Source: Escherichia coli (lineage in GTDB: Bacteria; Pseudomonadota; Gammaproteobacteria; Enterobacterales; Enterobacteriaceae). Taken from it: 64,000 bases of DNA. Shown piece after piece: positions 11,147 to 21,380 of this stretch. The stretch lies in NCBI RefSeq assembly GCF_013315695.1, contig NZ_CP054353.1. The stretch is one strand, 5' to 3'. The position numbers were made by a program, and so were the translations under genes. The first letter of the stretch is position 1. Every line of letters starts with the position of its first letter. A model generated the notes under the pieces. It worked only from the letters and a program-made list of their open reading frames with translations. It searched no databases and was not told the DNA's origin.

Positions 11147-12583
11147 ATGAATCGTGATTCTTTTTATCCAGCCATCGCCTGTTTTCCGCTGTTACTGATG
11201 CTAGCCGGGTGTGCGCCTATGCATGAAACCCGCCAGGCGTTAAGCCAGCAAACACCCGCGGCACAAGTTGACACCGCATTACCCACGGCGCTGAAAAATG
11301 GTTGGCCAGACAGCCAATGGTGGCTGGAGTATCACGATAATCAACTCACCTCATTAATTAATAACGCACTACAGAACGCACCGGATATGCAGGTGGCTGA
11401 ACAGCGCATTCAGCTGGCTGAAGCCCAGGCGAAGGCAGTTGCCACTCAGGATGGTCCACAGCTCGACTTTTCTGCGGATATGGAGCGGCAAAAAATGTCG
11501 GCAGAAGGGTTAATGGGGCCGTTTGCTTTGAACGATCCTGCCGCAGGTACGACCGGTCCGTGGTACACCAACGATACTTTTGGCTTAACGGCGGGCTGGC
11601 ATCTCGATATCTGGGGAAAGACTCGGGCGGAGGTTACTGCTCGCCTCGGTACGGTTAAAGCACGGGCGGCGGAACGCGAGCAAACCCGCCAATTGCTGGC
11701 TGGCAGCGTAGCCCGCCTGTACTGGGAGTGGCAAACCCAGGCGGCGTTAAACACGGTCTTACAGCAAATCGAAAAAGAGCAGAACACCATTATCGCCACC
11801 GATCGCCAGCTATATCAGAACGGGATTACTTCTGCAGTTGAAGGTGTGGAAACCGATATTAATGCCAGCAAAACCCGGCAGCAGCTCAACGATGTCGCGG
11901 GGAAAATGAAAATTATTGAGGCACGGTTAAGTGCGCTCACCAACCACCAGACAAAGTCATTGAAGCTTAAACCGGTCGCGTTGCCGAAAGTGGCAAGTCA
12001 GCTTCCTGATGAACTCGGGTACTCCTTACTGGCCCGGCGGGCAGATTTGCAGGCGGCGCACTGGTACGTTGAGTCATCGTTAAGCACTATTGATGCGGCA
12101 AAAGCGGCATTTTATCCTGACATCAACCTGATGGCCTTTCTGCAACAGGATGCGTTGCACTTAAGCGATCTGTTCCGTCATTCCGCGCAGCAAATGGGCG
12201 TTACGGCAGGCCTGACGCTACCCATTTTCGATAGTGGTCGTCTTAACGCCAATCTCGATATCGCAAAAGCCGAAAGCAACTTGTCTATCGCCAGCTACAA
12301 CAAAGCGGTGGTTGAAGCGGTAAATGACGTGGCGCGGGCGGCCAGCCAGGTTCAGACACTGGCGGAGAAAAACCAGCATCAGGCGCAAATTGAGCACGAT
12401 GCCTTGCGTGTGGTAGGTCTTGCGCAGGCGCGCTTTAACGCGGGCATCATTGCTGGTTCCCGCGTCAGCGAAGCCAGAATCCCCGCGCTGCGTGAGCGGG
12501 CCAATGGCCTGTTATTGCAAGGGCAGTGGCTGGATGCCTCCATTCAACTCACCGGTGCGCTGGGCGGGGGTTACAAACGCTGA
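11147..12583 (+). CDS. mdtQ: multidrug efflux outer-membrane factor lipoprotein (OprM/NodT family), apparently intact
   Basis: ORF 11057..12583; likely start MNRDSFYPAIACFPLLLMLAGC (lipobox) at 11147; OMF family features. Confidence 0.8.
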   Translation: MNRDSFYPAIACFPLLLMLAGCAPMHETRQALSQQTPAAQVDTALPTALKNGWPDSQWWLEYHDNQLTSLINNALQNAPDMQVAEQRIQLAEAQAKAVATQDGPQLDFSADMERQKMSAEGLMGPFALNDPAAGTTGPWYTNDTFGLTAGWHLDIWGKTRAEVTARLGTVKARAAEREQTRQLLAGSVARLYWEWQTQAALNTVLQQIEKEQNTIIATDRQLYQNGITSAVEGVETDINASKTRQQLNDVAGKMKIIEARLSALTNHQTKSLKLKPVALPKVASQLPDELGYSLLARRADLQAAHWYVESSLSTIDAAKAAFYPDINLMAFLQQDALHLSDLFRHSAQQMGVTAGLTLPIFDSGRLNANLDIAKAESNLSIASYNKAVVEAVNDVARAASQVQTLAEKNQHQAQIEHDALRVVGLAQARFNAGIIAGSRVSEARIPALRERANGLLLQGQWLDASIQLTGALGGGYKR

Positions 12584-12635
12584 TGATATGCGCCTTCTAT
12601 ACTTAACATTTATTCAGCGTTAAGTGGAGAACTCG

Positions 12636-13397
12636 ATGGCACAGGTCGCGATAATTACCGCCTCCGATTCGGGGATCGGCAAAGAGTGCGCGTTATTACT
12701 GGCGCAGCAGGGGTTTGATATTGGCATTACCTGGCACTCAGATGAAGAAGGGGCAAAAGATACCGCGCGTGAGGTAGTTAGCCACGGCGTACGTGCGGAG
12801 ATCGTGCAACTGGATCTCGGCAATCTACCAGAAGGGGCACTGGCGCTGGAGAAACTTATTCATCGGCTGGGGCGTATTGATGTGCTGGTGAATAATGCGG
12901 GCGCAATGACCAAAGCGCCGTTTCTTGATATGGCTTTCGATGAGTGGCGCAAGATTTTTACCGTTGATGTCGATGGTGCATTTTTATGCTCGCAAATTGC
13001 TGCCCGCCAGATGGTGAAGCAAGGGCAGGGCGGTCGCATCATCAACATTACATCGGTACATGAACATACGCCGCTGCCGGATGCCAGCGCCTACACAGCC
13101 GCTAAACATGCGCTCGGCGGGTTAACCAAAGCAATGGCGTTGGAGTTGGTCAGGCATAAAATTTTGGTGAACGCAGTCGCACCTGGGGCGATCGCCACGC
13201 CAATGAACGGCATGGATGACGGCGATGTGAAGCCCGACGCGGAGCCTTCGATTCCCTTGCGACGTTTTGGCACAACGCATGAGATTGCCAGTCTGGTGGT
13301 ATGGCTTTGTTCGGAGGGCGCAAATTACACCACCGGGCGGTCGTTGATAGTGGATGGCGGCTTTATGTTGGCGAATCCGCAGTTCAACCCAGAATAG
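12636..13397 (+). CDS. yohF: short-chain dehydrogenase/reductase YohF
   Basis: ORF 12624..13397; start MAQVAIITASDSGIGKE (SDR TGxxxGxG motif), YxxxK catalytic motif. Confidence 0.85.
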   Translation: MAQVAIITASDSGIGKECALLLAQQGFDIGITWHSDEEGAKDTAREVVSHGVRAEIVQLDLGNLPEGALALEKLIHRLGRIDVLVNNAGAMTKAPFLDMAFDEWRKIFTVDVDGAFLCSQIAARQMVKQGQGGRIINITSVHEHTPLPDASAYTAAKHALGGLTKAMALELVRHKILVNAVAPGAIATPMNGMDDGDVKPDAEPSIPLRRFGTTHEIASLVVWLCSEGANYTTGRSLIVDGGFMLANPQFNPE

Positions 13398-13516
13398 CGC
13401 AGTGAGGTGCGTGGTTATTTCATTGGGTTAGGCCAGATAAGACACGCCAGCGTCGCATCAGGCATGGTGCACCGGATGTCGGATGCGGCGCGAACACCTT
13501 ATCCAGGGCAATAGTT
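13398..13516. repeat. REP/BIME-like palindromic units in the yohF-yohD intergenic region
   Basis: gccagataagacacgccagcgtcgcatcaggca and ccggatgtcggatgcggcgcgaacaccttatccagg resemble E. coli REP consensus. Confidence 0.55.
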
Positions 13517-14095
13517 TTACGCCTGATGATCCGGCTTTTTCTTCCCGCGCCGTTTCAGCCACCAGCGCACGCCTACCACCAGAACCACGACCAGAATCAA
13601 CCAGACCCAGTGCTTCAAATGCTGGTCGAGATTGTGCAACCACGGCGCAATCACCTGCCCACCAGCGTAACCGATAGTGGTAAAAATCAGCGACCAGGCA
13701 AATGCGCCGAGAATATTCAGCGGCAGAAAGATTTTCGGCGGCAGCTGGCTGGCACCAATCAGCGTCGGGCCAATGACCCGAAAGCCATACATAAAACGCG
13801 TACCAATGACAAACAGATACGGATGGCGTTGGATAAGTTTCTGCGCCCGCTCAATTTTATCCTGATGTTTCGAGAAACGGCGTAACAGCTTGCCGCCAAA
13901 CCGCCGCCCGCACAGATAAAGCACCTGGTCGCCAATCATGCCGCCAAGCGCCACAGAAAGTACCACCAGCGGGAACTTTAATAGCCCCTGATGTGCCGCA
14001 ACGCCTCCCAGCAAAGTCACGGTTTCACCTTCCGCCAGGCTACCGATCACCAGCGCGGCATAACCATATTGTGAGATGAGTGTATTGAGATCCAT
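13517..14095 (-). CDS. yohD: DedA-family inner-membrane protein YohD
   Basis: ORF 13517..14131; likely start MDLNTLISQYGYAALVIGSLAEGE at 14095. Confidence 0.85.
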   Translation of the reverse strand: MDLNTLISQYGYAALVIGSLAEGETVTLLGGVAAHQGLLKFPLVVLSVALGGMIGDQVLYLCGRRFGGKLLRRFSKHQDKIERAQKLIQRHPYLFVIGTRFMYGFRVIGPTLIGASQLPPKIFLPLNILGAFAWSLIFTTIGYAGGQVIAPWLHNLDQHLKHWVWLILVVVLVVGVRWWLKRRGKKKPDHQA

Positions 14096-14264
14096 AGGAC
14101 AGTCTGTCTCCCTTTGCTTGCCTGTAAGCATACACCCTGTGAATCATTCACGCTGAAAAAGGACGTACATCAGACGGTGCAAATTACATGAGCGAACAAA
14201 AAATAATCACAAGCTGACTTATACTTGAACTGTCAGGTTCATGAACTCACAACAAGGGGGCGGT

Positions 14265-14852
14265 ATGAGCCATGTCTGGGGACTGTTTTCCCATCCCGAT
14301 CGTGAAATGCAGGTGATTAATCGCGAAAACGAAACGATTTCTCACCATTACACCCACCACGTTTTGCTGATGGCGGCGATTCCGGTGATTTGCGCCTTCA
14401 TTGGCACTACACAGATTGGCTGGAATTTTGGCGATGGCACTATCCTGAAGTTATCCTGGTTTACCGGACTGGCGCTGGCTGTCTTGTTTTACGGCGTTAT
14501 GCTGGCTGGGGTTGCGGTGATGGGGCGGGTCATCTGGTGGATGGCGCGTAATTATCCGCAGCGTCCGTCACTTGCGCACTGCATGGTCTTCGCGGGCTAC
14601 GTTGCAACTCCGCTGTTTTTAAGCGGTCTGGTGGCGCTTTACCCGCTGGTCTGGTTGTGTGCGCTGGTCGGCACGGTGGCGCTGTTTTACACCGGCTACC
14701 TGCTGTATCTCGGTATTCCGAGCTTCCTGAATATCAACAAAGAGGAAGGACTTAGCTTCTCCAGTTCGACACTGGCGATAGGCGTGCTGGTGCTGGAAGT
14801 GCTGCTCGCCCTTACCGTTATACTATGGGGCTACGGTTATCGTTTGTTCTAG
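14265..14852 (+). CDS. yohC: Yip1-family inner-membrane protein YohC
   Basis: ORF 14241..14852; likely start MSHVWGLFSHPDRE at 14265; multi-pass membrane. Confidence 0.85.
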   Translation: MSHVWGLFSHPDREMQVINRENETISHHYTHHVLLMAAIPVICAFIGTTQIGWNFGDGTILKLSWFTGLALAVLFYGVMLAGVAVMGRVIWWMARNYPQRPSLAHCMVFAGYVATPLFLSGLVALYPLVWLCALVGTVALFYTGYLLYLGIPSFLNINKEEGLSFSSSTLAIGVLVLEVLLALTVILWGYGYRLF

Positions 14853-15025
14853 AAAGTTCTTTTGCGCTGCATTGCTGGCGTAAATGTCAGCAATGCAGCA
14901 TTTCCTCACGATTCTTCTTTGACGATCGCACTTTTTGCTCGTTATGATGGCGTCGCTAGCCTCAGTAAATCCTTACTCCGGCGGTGCGCAACCCGTGCGC
15001 GTGAACCACTATCTGAATGCTCATC

Positions 15026-15958
15026 ATGCCGAAATTTCGAGTTTCTTTATTTAGCCTGGCCCTGATGCTGGCTGTGCCTTTTGCACCGCAGGCCGTTGCG
15101 AAAACGGCAGCCGCTACCACCGCGTCACAACCGGAAATTGCCTCCGGTAGCGCGATGATTGTTGATCTGAATACCAACAAAGTGATCTATTCGAACCACC
15201 CGGATCTGGTGCGTCCGATTGCGTCTATCAGCAAATTAATGACCGCGATGGTTGTGCTGGATGCACGACTGCCGCTGGATGAAAAACTAAAAGTGGATAT
15301 CAGCCAGACGCCGGAGATGAAAGGGGTCTATTCGCGCGTACGACTGAACAGCGAAATCAGCCGTAAAGATATGCTGTTGCTGGCGCTGATGTCTTCAGAA
15401 AACCGCGCGGCGGCAAGCCTTGCGCACCATTATCCCGGTGGTTACAAAGCCTTTATTAAGGCGATGAACGCGAAAGCGAAATCGCTCGGAATGAACAACA
15501 CGCGCTTTGTTGAACCAACCGGATTGTCGGTGCATAACGTTTCAACCGCCCGTGACTTAACCAAACTGCTCATTGCCAGCAAACAATATCCGCTGATCGG
15601 GCAGTTAAGTACCACCCGGGAAGATATGGCAACCTTCTCTAACCCGACGTATACGCTGCCGTTCCGCAATACTAACCATCTGGTGTATCGCGATAACTGG
15701 AATATTCAGTTAACTAAAACCGGCTTTACCAATGCGGCGGGCCATTGTCTGGTGATGCGTACGGTTATCAATAATAAACCGGTGGCGCTGGTAGTGATGG
15801 ACGCGTTTGGCAAATATACCCATTTTGCCGATGCCAGCCGCCTGCGTACCTGGATTGAGACCGGTAAAGTGATGCCTGTTCCGGCAGCAGCGTTGAGCTA
15901 TAAAAAACAAAAAGCCGCCCAGATGGCGGCGGCGGGGCAGACGGCACAGAACGATTAA
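15026..15958 (+). CDS. pbpG: D-alanyl-D-alanine endopeptidase PBP7
   Basis: ORF 15017..15958; start [15 protein letters not shown] signal peptide; SxxK (ASISK), SxN and KTG motifs. Confidence 0.9.
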
Positions 15959-15996
15959 ATGAATGACGGATGGCGATACTCTGCCATCCGTAATTT

Positions 15997-17712
15997 TTAC
16001 TCCACTTCCTGCCAGTTTTTCCGCTTACTGGTTTTACCGATCCCCGGATTCATACTGTTGGTCGGATCGTTCTCGCGATAGAACTTCTGCAACGTCTCCG
16101 GTGCTTTATACAAATGACCGACGTTATGCTCGGCAGGGTATTGCGCGCCGCGCTGCTGCAGCAGTTCCAGCATCTGTTCTTTCAACGCATGCACATCCAC
16201 GCCTTTTTTCACGATGTAATCCTGATGGAAGACATAGCACATAAAATGGCCGTAATAGAGCTTGTGCACCAGCTGGCTGTCGATCTCCGGCGGTAAATGC
16301 TCATACCATTCGGTGTCGTTACGCCGCAGAGCGATATCCAGCGCCAGAATGTCTTCGACTTCATCGGAATGCACAGCCTGATAACGAATTGCTGCGCCCG
16401 CAGCGGCGAAACGGTGTAAAAACGCTTTGCTGCCTTCCTCCGGCGTACAGACAAAGAAATCGCCCTCGGCCTGTTTGAAATAATCCACCAGCCACGATTT
16501 GGCTTCACCGACGCCATCGCCCGCCATTTTTAACAGCAGATGATGCTCGTATTTATCGCGCCAGTTTTTCATGCGTGGCGGTAAATGGCTGGGGAACAGG
16601 TGACCGAATTTTTGCATTGCACGGTCGGTAAAATGCGGACGGAAGAATTTCACTTTCTCCAGCATCGCATCGGTGCGTCCCTTGAGATTAAAGAAGAACG
16701 GCATCTTGTCGGTGCCTAACTTATCAATCATCAGGAAGGTGTCTTTGCCGTATTTTTCCGCAATATCGTAGATATCCCGGTGCATATATTCCCCGGCAAC
16801 CGGCAAATTTTCGAAATTAGCCAGAATATGACGGCGGATTTCGGTCAGCACTTCCGGCTGGTTGGTGCCGATATAAAACACCTGCTGATTTTTTTCCGCT
16901 TCGAAGGTATCAAGACGTACCGCAAAGACGGCCAGCTTACCTGCGCAACCAGAAGATTCAAATAACCGATCCGGATCAGCGTTATAACGTGCGGGCGTGT
17001 CGGCTTCAATATCACGAACGCGGTGGACATAGTCATAATCGTGGGCGTGACGACCATCGTGGCGCACATCGTCATCTTTGATGCGATCGTCATCCAGCTT
17101 GCTAAGGATCTGCTCCGGCGTTTCGCCCAGATCAATCCCCAGATGGTTAACCAGCGTCAGCTTGCCATCTTCATTTATACGCGCGAATAACGACATTTCG
17201 GTATACGCCGGGCCACGTTGCACCAGCGAACCACCAGAGTTATTACAGATACCGCCGATGACCGATGCGCCTATACACGATGATCCAATCACCGAGTGCG
17301 GTTCGCGTCCCAGCGGTTTGAGGGCTTTTTCCAGTGAATAGAGCGTGGTGCCCGGATAGGCCAGCACCTGTTCGCCCTTGCCGAGAACGTGTAGCTTGTC
17401 GAGACGCAGGGTGCTGATGATCACGATATCGCGATCATAGTCGTTACCGTTTGGCGTAGATCCTTCGGTCAGACCTGTATTGGCGGCCTGCATGAGAATA
17501 ATTTTGTCGGCGGTGACGCAGGCTTTCAGCACCCGCCACAATTCCAGTAGTGAGCCAGGGAAAACGACAGCCAGCGCGTCGCCCTGACCAGAACGGAAGC
17601 CCTTGCGATAGCGGGCCGTTTTTGCGGGATCGGTGAGCAGGTGTGAATGACCGACCAGACGGGCAAGTTCATTCAAAAAGGCTTTATTATCAGTTGTTGT
17701 CATGGAAGACAT
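15997..17712 (-). CDS. dld: FAD-dependent D-lactate dehydrogenase
   Basis: ORF 15997..17745; likely start MSSMTTTDNKAFLNELARLVG at 17712. Confidence 0.9.
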   Translation of the reverse strand: MSSMTTTDNKAFLNELARLVGHSHLLTDPAKTARYRKGFRSGQGDALAVVFPGSLLELWRVLKACVTADKIILMQAANTGLTEGSTPNGNDYDRDIVIISTLRLDKLHVLGKGEQVLAYPGTTLYSLEKALKPLGREPHSVIGSSCIGASVIGGICNNSGGSLVQRGPAYTEMSLFARINEDGKLTLVNHLGIDLGETPEQILSKLDDDRIKDDDVRHDGRHAHDYDYVHRVRDIEADTPARYNADPDRLFESSGCAGKLAVFAVRLDTFEAEKNQQVFYIGTNQPEVLTEIRRHILANFENLPVAGEYMHRDIYDIAEKYGKDTFLMIDKLGTDKMPFFFNLKGRTDAMLEKVKFFRPHFTDRAMQKFGHLFPSHLPPRMKNWRDKYEHHLLLKMAGDGVGEAKSWLVDYFKQAEGDFFVCTPEEGSKAFLHRFAAAGAAIRYQAVHSDEVEDILALDIALRRNDTEWYEHLPPEIDSQLVHKLYYGHFMCYVFHQDYIVKKGVDVHALKEQMLELLQQRGAQYPAEHNVGHLYKAPETLQKFYRENDPTNSMNPGIGKTSKRKNWQEVE

Positions 17713-17907
17713 TTTCCACTCCTTGTGGTGGCGAAAAAATATCACAAACTAGAATAGCGCCTTGTATGACAATTCAGCGAGTGAATATTTTGAAAATTCA
17801 GACAATAAACTGAGCATTCTTTTTCTCTCTCTATCATGCTTATGGCAAACTACGGTTTTTGCACCATTTTCGCTGCCTCGTCGGGCAACAGAGGAAGAAA
17901 AATCCAT

Positions 17908-20205
17908 ATGAAATGGCTATGTTCAGTAGGAATCGCGGTGAGTCTGGCCCTGCAGCCAGCACTGGCGGATGATTTATTCGGCAACCATCCATTAACGCCC
18001 GAAGCGCGGGATGCGTTCGTCACCGAACTGCTTAAGAAAATGACAGTTGATGAGAAAATTGGTCAGCTGCGTTTAATCAGCGTCGGCCCGGATAATCCGA
18101 AAGAGGCGATCCGCGAGATGATCAAAGACGGGCAGGTTGGGGCGATTTTCAACACCGTAACCCGTCAGGATATCCGCGCCATGCAGGATCAGGTGATGGA
18201 ATTAAGCCGCCTGAAAATTCCTCTTTTCTTTGCTTACGACGTGCTGCACGGTCAGCGCACGGTGTTCCCGATTAGCCTCGGTCTGGCCTCGTCTTTTAAC
18301 CTCGATGCGGTGAAAACAGTCGGGCGTGTCTCTGCTTATGAAGCGGCAGATGATGGCCTGAATATGACCTGGGCACCGATGGTCGATGTTTCGCGCGATC
18401 CGCGCTGGGGACGTGCTTCCGAAGGTTTTGGCGAAGATACGTATCTCACCTCAATAATGGGTAAAACCATGGTGCAAGCGATGCAGGGTAAAAGTCCGGC
18501 AGATCGCTACTCGGTGATGACCAGCGTCAAACACTTTGCCGCTTACGGCGCGGTAGAAGGCGGTAAAGAGTACAACACCGTCGATATGAGTCCGCAGCGC
18601 CTGTTTAATGATTATATGCCGCCGTACAAAGCGGGGCTGGACGCAGGCAGCGGCGCGGTGATGGTGGCGCTGAACTCGCTGAACGGCACGCCAGCCACCT
18701 CCGACTCCTGGCTGCTGAAAGATGTTCTGCGCGACCAGTGGGGCTTTAAAGGCATCACCGTTTCCGATCACGGCGCAATCAAAGAGCTGATTAAACATGG
18801 CACAGCGGCAGACCCGGAAGATGCGGTGCGCGTGGCGCTGAAATCCGGCATCAACATGAGTATGAGCGACGAGTATTACTCGAAGTATCTGCCTGGGTTG
18901 ATCAAATCCGGCAAAGTGACGATGGAAGAGCTGGATGACGCTGCCCGTCATGTACTGAACGTTAAATATGATATGGGGTTGTTTAACGACCCGTACAGCC
19001 ATCTCGGTCCGAAAGAGTCTGACCCGGTGGATACCAATGCCGAAAGCCGCCTGCACCGCAAAGAAGCGCGTGAAGTGGCACGCGAAAGCCTGGTGTTGCT
19101 GAAAAACCGTCTCGAAACGTTACCGCTGAAAAAATCAGCCACCATTGCGGTGGTTGGGCCATTGGCGGACAGCAAACGTGACGTGATGGGCAGCTGGTCC
19201 GCAGCCGGTGTTGCCGATCAATCTGTTACTGTGCTAACAGGGATTAAAAACGCCGTCGGTGAAAACGGTAAAGTGCTGTACGCCAAAGGGGCGAACGTCA
19301 CCAGTGACAAAGGCATTATCGATTTCCTGAATCAGTATGAAGAGGCGGTCAAAGTCGACCCGCGCTCGCCGCAAGAGATGATTGATGAAGCGGTGCAAAC
19401 CGCGAAGCAATCTGATGTGGTGGTGGCTGTGGTCGGTGAAGCTCAGGGGATGGCGCACGAGGCCTCCAGCCGTACCGATATCACTATTCCGCAAAGCCAA
19501 CGTGACTTGATTGCGGCGCTGAAAGCCACCGGTAAACCACTGGTGCTGGTGCTGATGAACGGACGTCCGCTGGCGCTGGTGAAAGAAGATCAGCAGGCTG
19601 ATGCGATTCTGGAAACCTGGTTTGCGGGGACTGAAGGCGGTAATGCAATTGCCGATGTATTGTTTGGCGATTATAACCCGTCCGGCAAGCTGCCGATGTC
19701 CTTCCCGCGTTCTGTCGGGCAGATCCCGGTGTACTACAGCCATCTGAATACCGGTCGCCCGTATAATGCCGACAAGCCGAACAAATACACTTCGCGTTAT
19801 TTTGATGAAGCTAACGGGGCGCTTTATCCGTTCGGCTATGGTCTGAGCTATACCACTTTCACCGTCTCTGATGTGAAACTTTCTGCGCCGACCATGAAGC
19901 GTGACGGCAAAGTGACCGCCAGCGTGCAGGTGACGAACACCGGTAAGCGCGAAGGGGTGACGGTAGTTCAGATGTACCTGCAGGATGTGACGGCTTCCAT
20001 GAGTCGCCCGGTAAAACAGCTGAAAGGCTTTGAGAAAATCACCCTGAAACCGGGCGAAACCCAGACTGTCAGCTTCCCGATTGATATCGAGGCGCTGAAG
20101 TTCTGGAATCAACAGATGAAATATGACGCCGAGCCTGGCAAGTTCAATGTCTTTATCGGCACTGATTCCGCACGCGTTAAGAAAGGCGAGTTTGAGTTGC
20201 TGTAA
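17908..20205 (+). CDS. bglX: periplasmic beta-glucosidase (glycoside hydrolase family 3)
   Basis: ORF 17836..20205; likely start MKWLCSVGIAVSLALQPALA signal peptide at 17908; GH3 motifs. Confidence 0.9.
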   Translation: MKWLCSVGIAVSLALQPALADDLFGNHPLTPEARDAFVTELLKKMTVDEKIGQLRLISVGPDNPKEAIREMIKDGQVGAIFNTVTRQDIRAMQDQVMELSRLKIPLFFAYDVLHGQRTVFPISLGLASSFNLDAVKTVGRVSAYEAADDGLNMTWAPMVDVSRDPRWGRASEGFGEDTYLTSIMGKTMVQAMQGKSPADRYSVMTSVKHFAAYGAVEGGKEYNTVDMSPQRLFNDYMPPYKAGLDAGSGAVMVALNSLNGTPATSDSWLLKDVLRDQWGFKGITVSDHGAIKELIKHGTAADPEDAVRVALKSGINMSMSDEYYSKYLPGLIKSGKVTMEELDDAARHVLNVKYDMGLFNDPYSHLGPKESDPVDTNAESRLHRKEAREVARESLVLLKNRLETLPLKKSATIAVVGPLADSKRDVMGSWSAAGVADQSVTVLTGIKNAVGENGKVLYAKGANVTSDKGIIDFLNQYEEAVKVDPRSPQEMIDEAVQTAKQSDVVVAVVGEAQGMAHEASSRTDITIPQSQRDLIAALKATGKPLVLVLMNGRPLALVKEDQQADAILETWFAGTEGGNAIADVLFGDYNPSGKLPMSFPRSVGQIPVYYSHLNTGRPYNADKPNKYTSRYFDEANGALYPFGYGLSYTTFTVSDVKLSAPTMKRDGKVTASVQVTNTGKREGVTVVQMYLQDVTASMSRPVKQLKGFEKITLKPGETQTVSFPIDIEALKFWNQQMKYDAEPGKFNVFIGTDSARVKKGEFELL

Positions 20206-20212
20206 TGCTTTA

Positions 20213-20240
20213 GCAAGGGCGCGACGTTTGCGCCCTTTGC
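20213..20240 (+). terminator. stem-loop downstream of bglX (possible terminator)
   Basis: Inverted repeat caagggcgc-gacgtt-gcgccctttg directly after the bglX stop; no strong T-run. Confidence 0.45.
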
Positions 20241-20278
20241 CTGATGTTCATATCTTAACTTGCTGAATTTTCGCCCTT

Positions 20279-20315
20279 TGTAGGCCGGATAAGGCGCTCG
20301 CGCCGCATCCGGCAG
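20279..20315. repeat. REP element
   Basis: gtaggccggataaggcgctcgcgccgcatccggca matches the E. coli REP palindromic-unit consensus. Confidence 0.7.
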
Positions 20316-20456
20316 GAAACGCCGGACCGAATATGCCTCTTAAGTATTTATCTGATTCTGTAACTGAATCCGTCCGCTCAGGCTAACCCTGTCATTATCA
20401 ACTATGCTTTTCTCTTAATTCGCTGAAAACAACAGTAAAAGAATGAGGAAAGCATC

Positions 20457-21374
20457 ATGCCACTCTCAAAGGTCTGGGCAGGTTCACTGGTTTTGTTGGC
20501 AGCCGTGAGCCTGCCGCTGCACGCGGCTTCCCCAGTTAAAGTCGGTTCAAAAATCGATACCGAAGGCGCGCTGCTCGGCAATATCATTTTGCAGGTGCTG
20601 GAAAGCCACGGCGTACCAACGGTCAATAAAGTGCAACTTGGAACGACTCCTGTGGTGCGCGGGGCGATTACTTCCGGTGAACTGGATATCTATCCGGAAT
20701 ATACCGGCAATGGCGCGTTTTTCTTTAAAGATGAAAACGATGCGGCATGGAAAAATGCCGGGCAGGGCTACGAGAAAGTCAAAAAGCTCGATGCAGAGCA
20801 AAACAAGTTAATCTGGCTGACGCCCGCACCTGCGAATAACACCTGGACCATCGCCGTGCGTCAGGATGTGGCAGAGAAAAATAAACTCACTTCGCTTGCT
20901 GACCTGAGTCGTTACCTGAAAGAGGGCGGCACCTTCAAACTGGCTGCCTCAGCAGAGTTTATCGAACGCGCCGATGCGTTACCCGCGTTTGAAAAAGCCT
21001 ATGGCTTTAAGCTCGGTCAGGATCAGTTGCTGTCACTGGCTGGTGGCGATACGGCAGTGACGATCAAAGCCGCTGCTCAGCAAACCTCTGGCGTTAATGC
21101 CGCAATGGCTTACGGTACCGACGGTCCGGTCGCGGCGCTGGGGCTGCAAACCTTAAGCGATCCGCAAGGCGTGCAACCTATCTACGCACCTGCACCAGTG
21201 GTGCGTGAATCGGTGTTGAAGGAGTATCCGCAAATGGCACAGTGGCTACAGCCAGTCTTCGCCAGCCTCGATGCAAAAACATTGCAGCAACTGAATGCCA
21301 GCATTGCTGTGGAAGGACTGGATGCCAAAAAAGTGGCTGCCGACTACCTGAAACAAAAAGGGTGGACGAAGTAA
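20457..21374 (+). CDS. osmF: glycine-betaine-type ABC transporter periplasmic substrate-binding protein
   Basis: 305-aa ORF with signal peptide MPLSKVWAGSLVLLAAVSLPLHA; first gene of yehZYXW. Confidence 0.85.
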   Translation: MPLSKVWAGSLVLLAAVSLPLHAASPVKVGSKIDTEGALLGNIILQVLESHGVPTVNKVQLGTTPVVRGAITSGELDIYPEYTGNGAFFFKDENDAAWKNAGQGYEKVKKLDAEQNKLIWLTPAPANNTWTIAVRQDVAEKNKLTSLADLSRYLKEGGTFKLAASAEFIERADALPAFEKAYGFKLGQDQLLSLAGGDTAVTIKAAAQQTSGVNAAMAYGTDGPVAALGLQTLSDPQGVQPIYAPAPVVRESVLKEYPQMAQWLQPVFASLDAKTLQQLNASIAVEGLDAKKVAADYLKQKGWTK

Positions 21375-21380
21375 TTTCCC

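Noticed and set aside
18451-20112. Long minus-strand ORFs (201 aa, 75 aa, 292 aa) antisense to bglX
   Set aside because: Entirely inside the well-supported bglX coding region on the opposite strand, with low-complexity R/H/Q-rich translations typical of shadow ORFs in GC-rich genes
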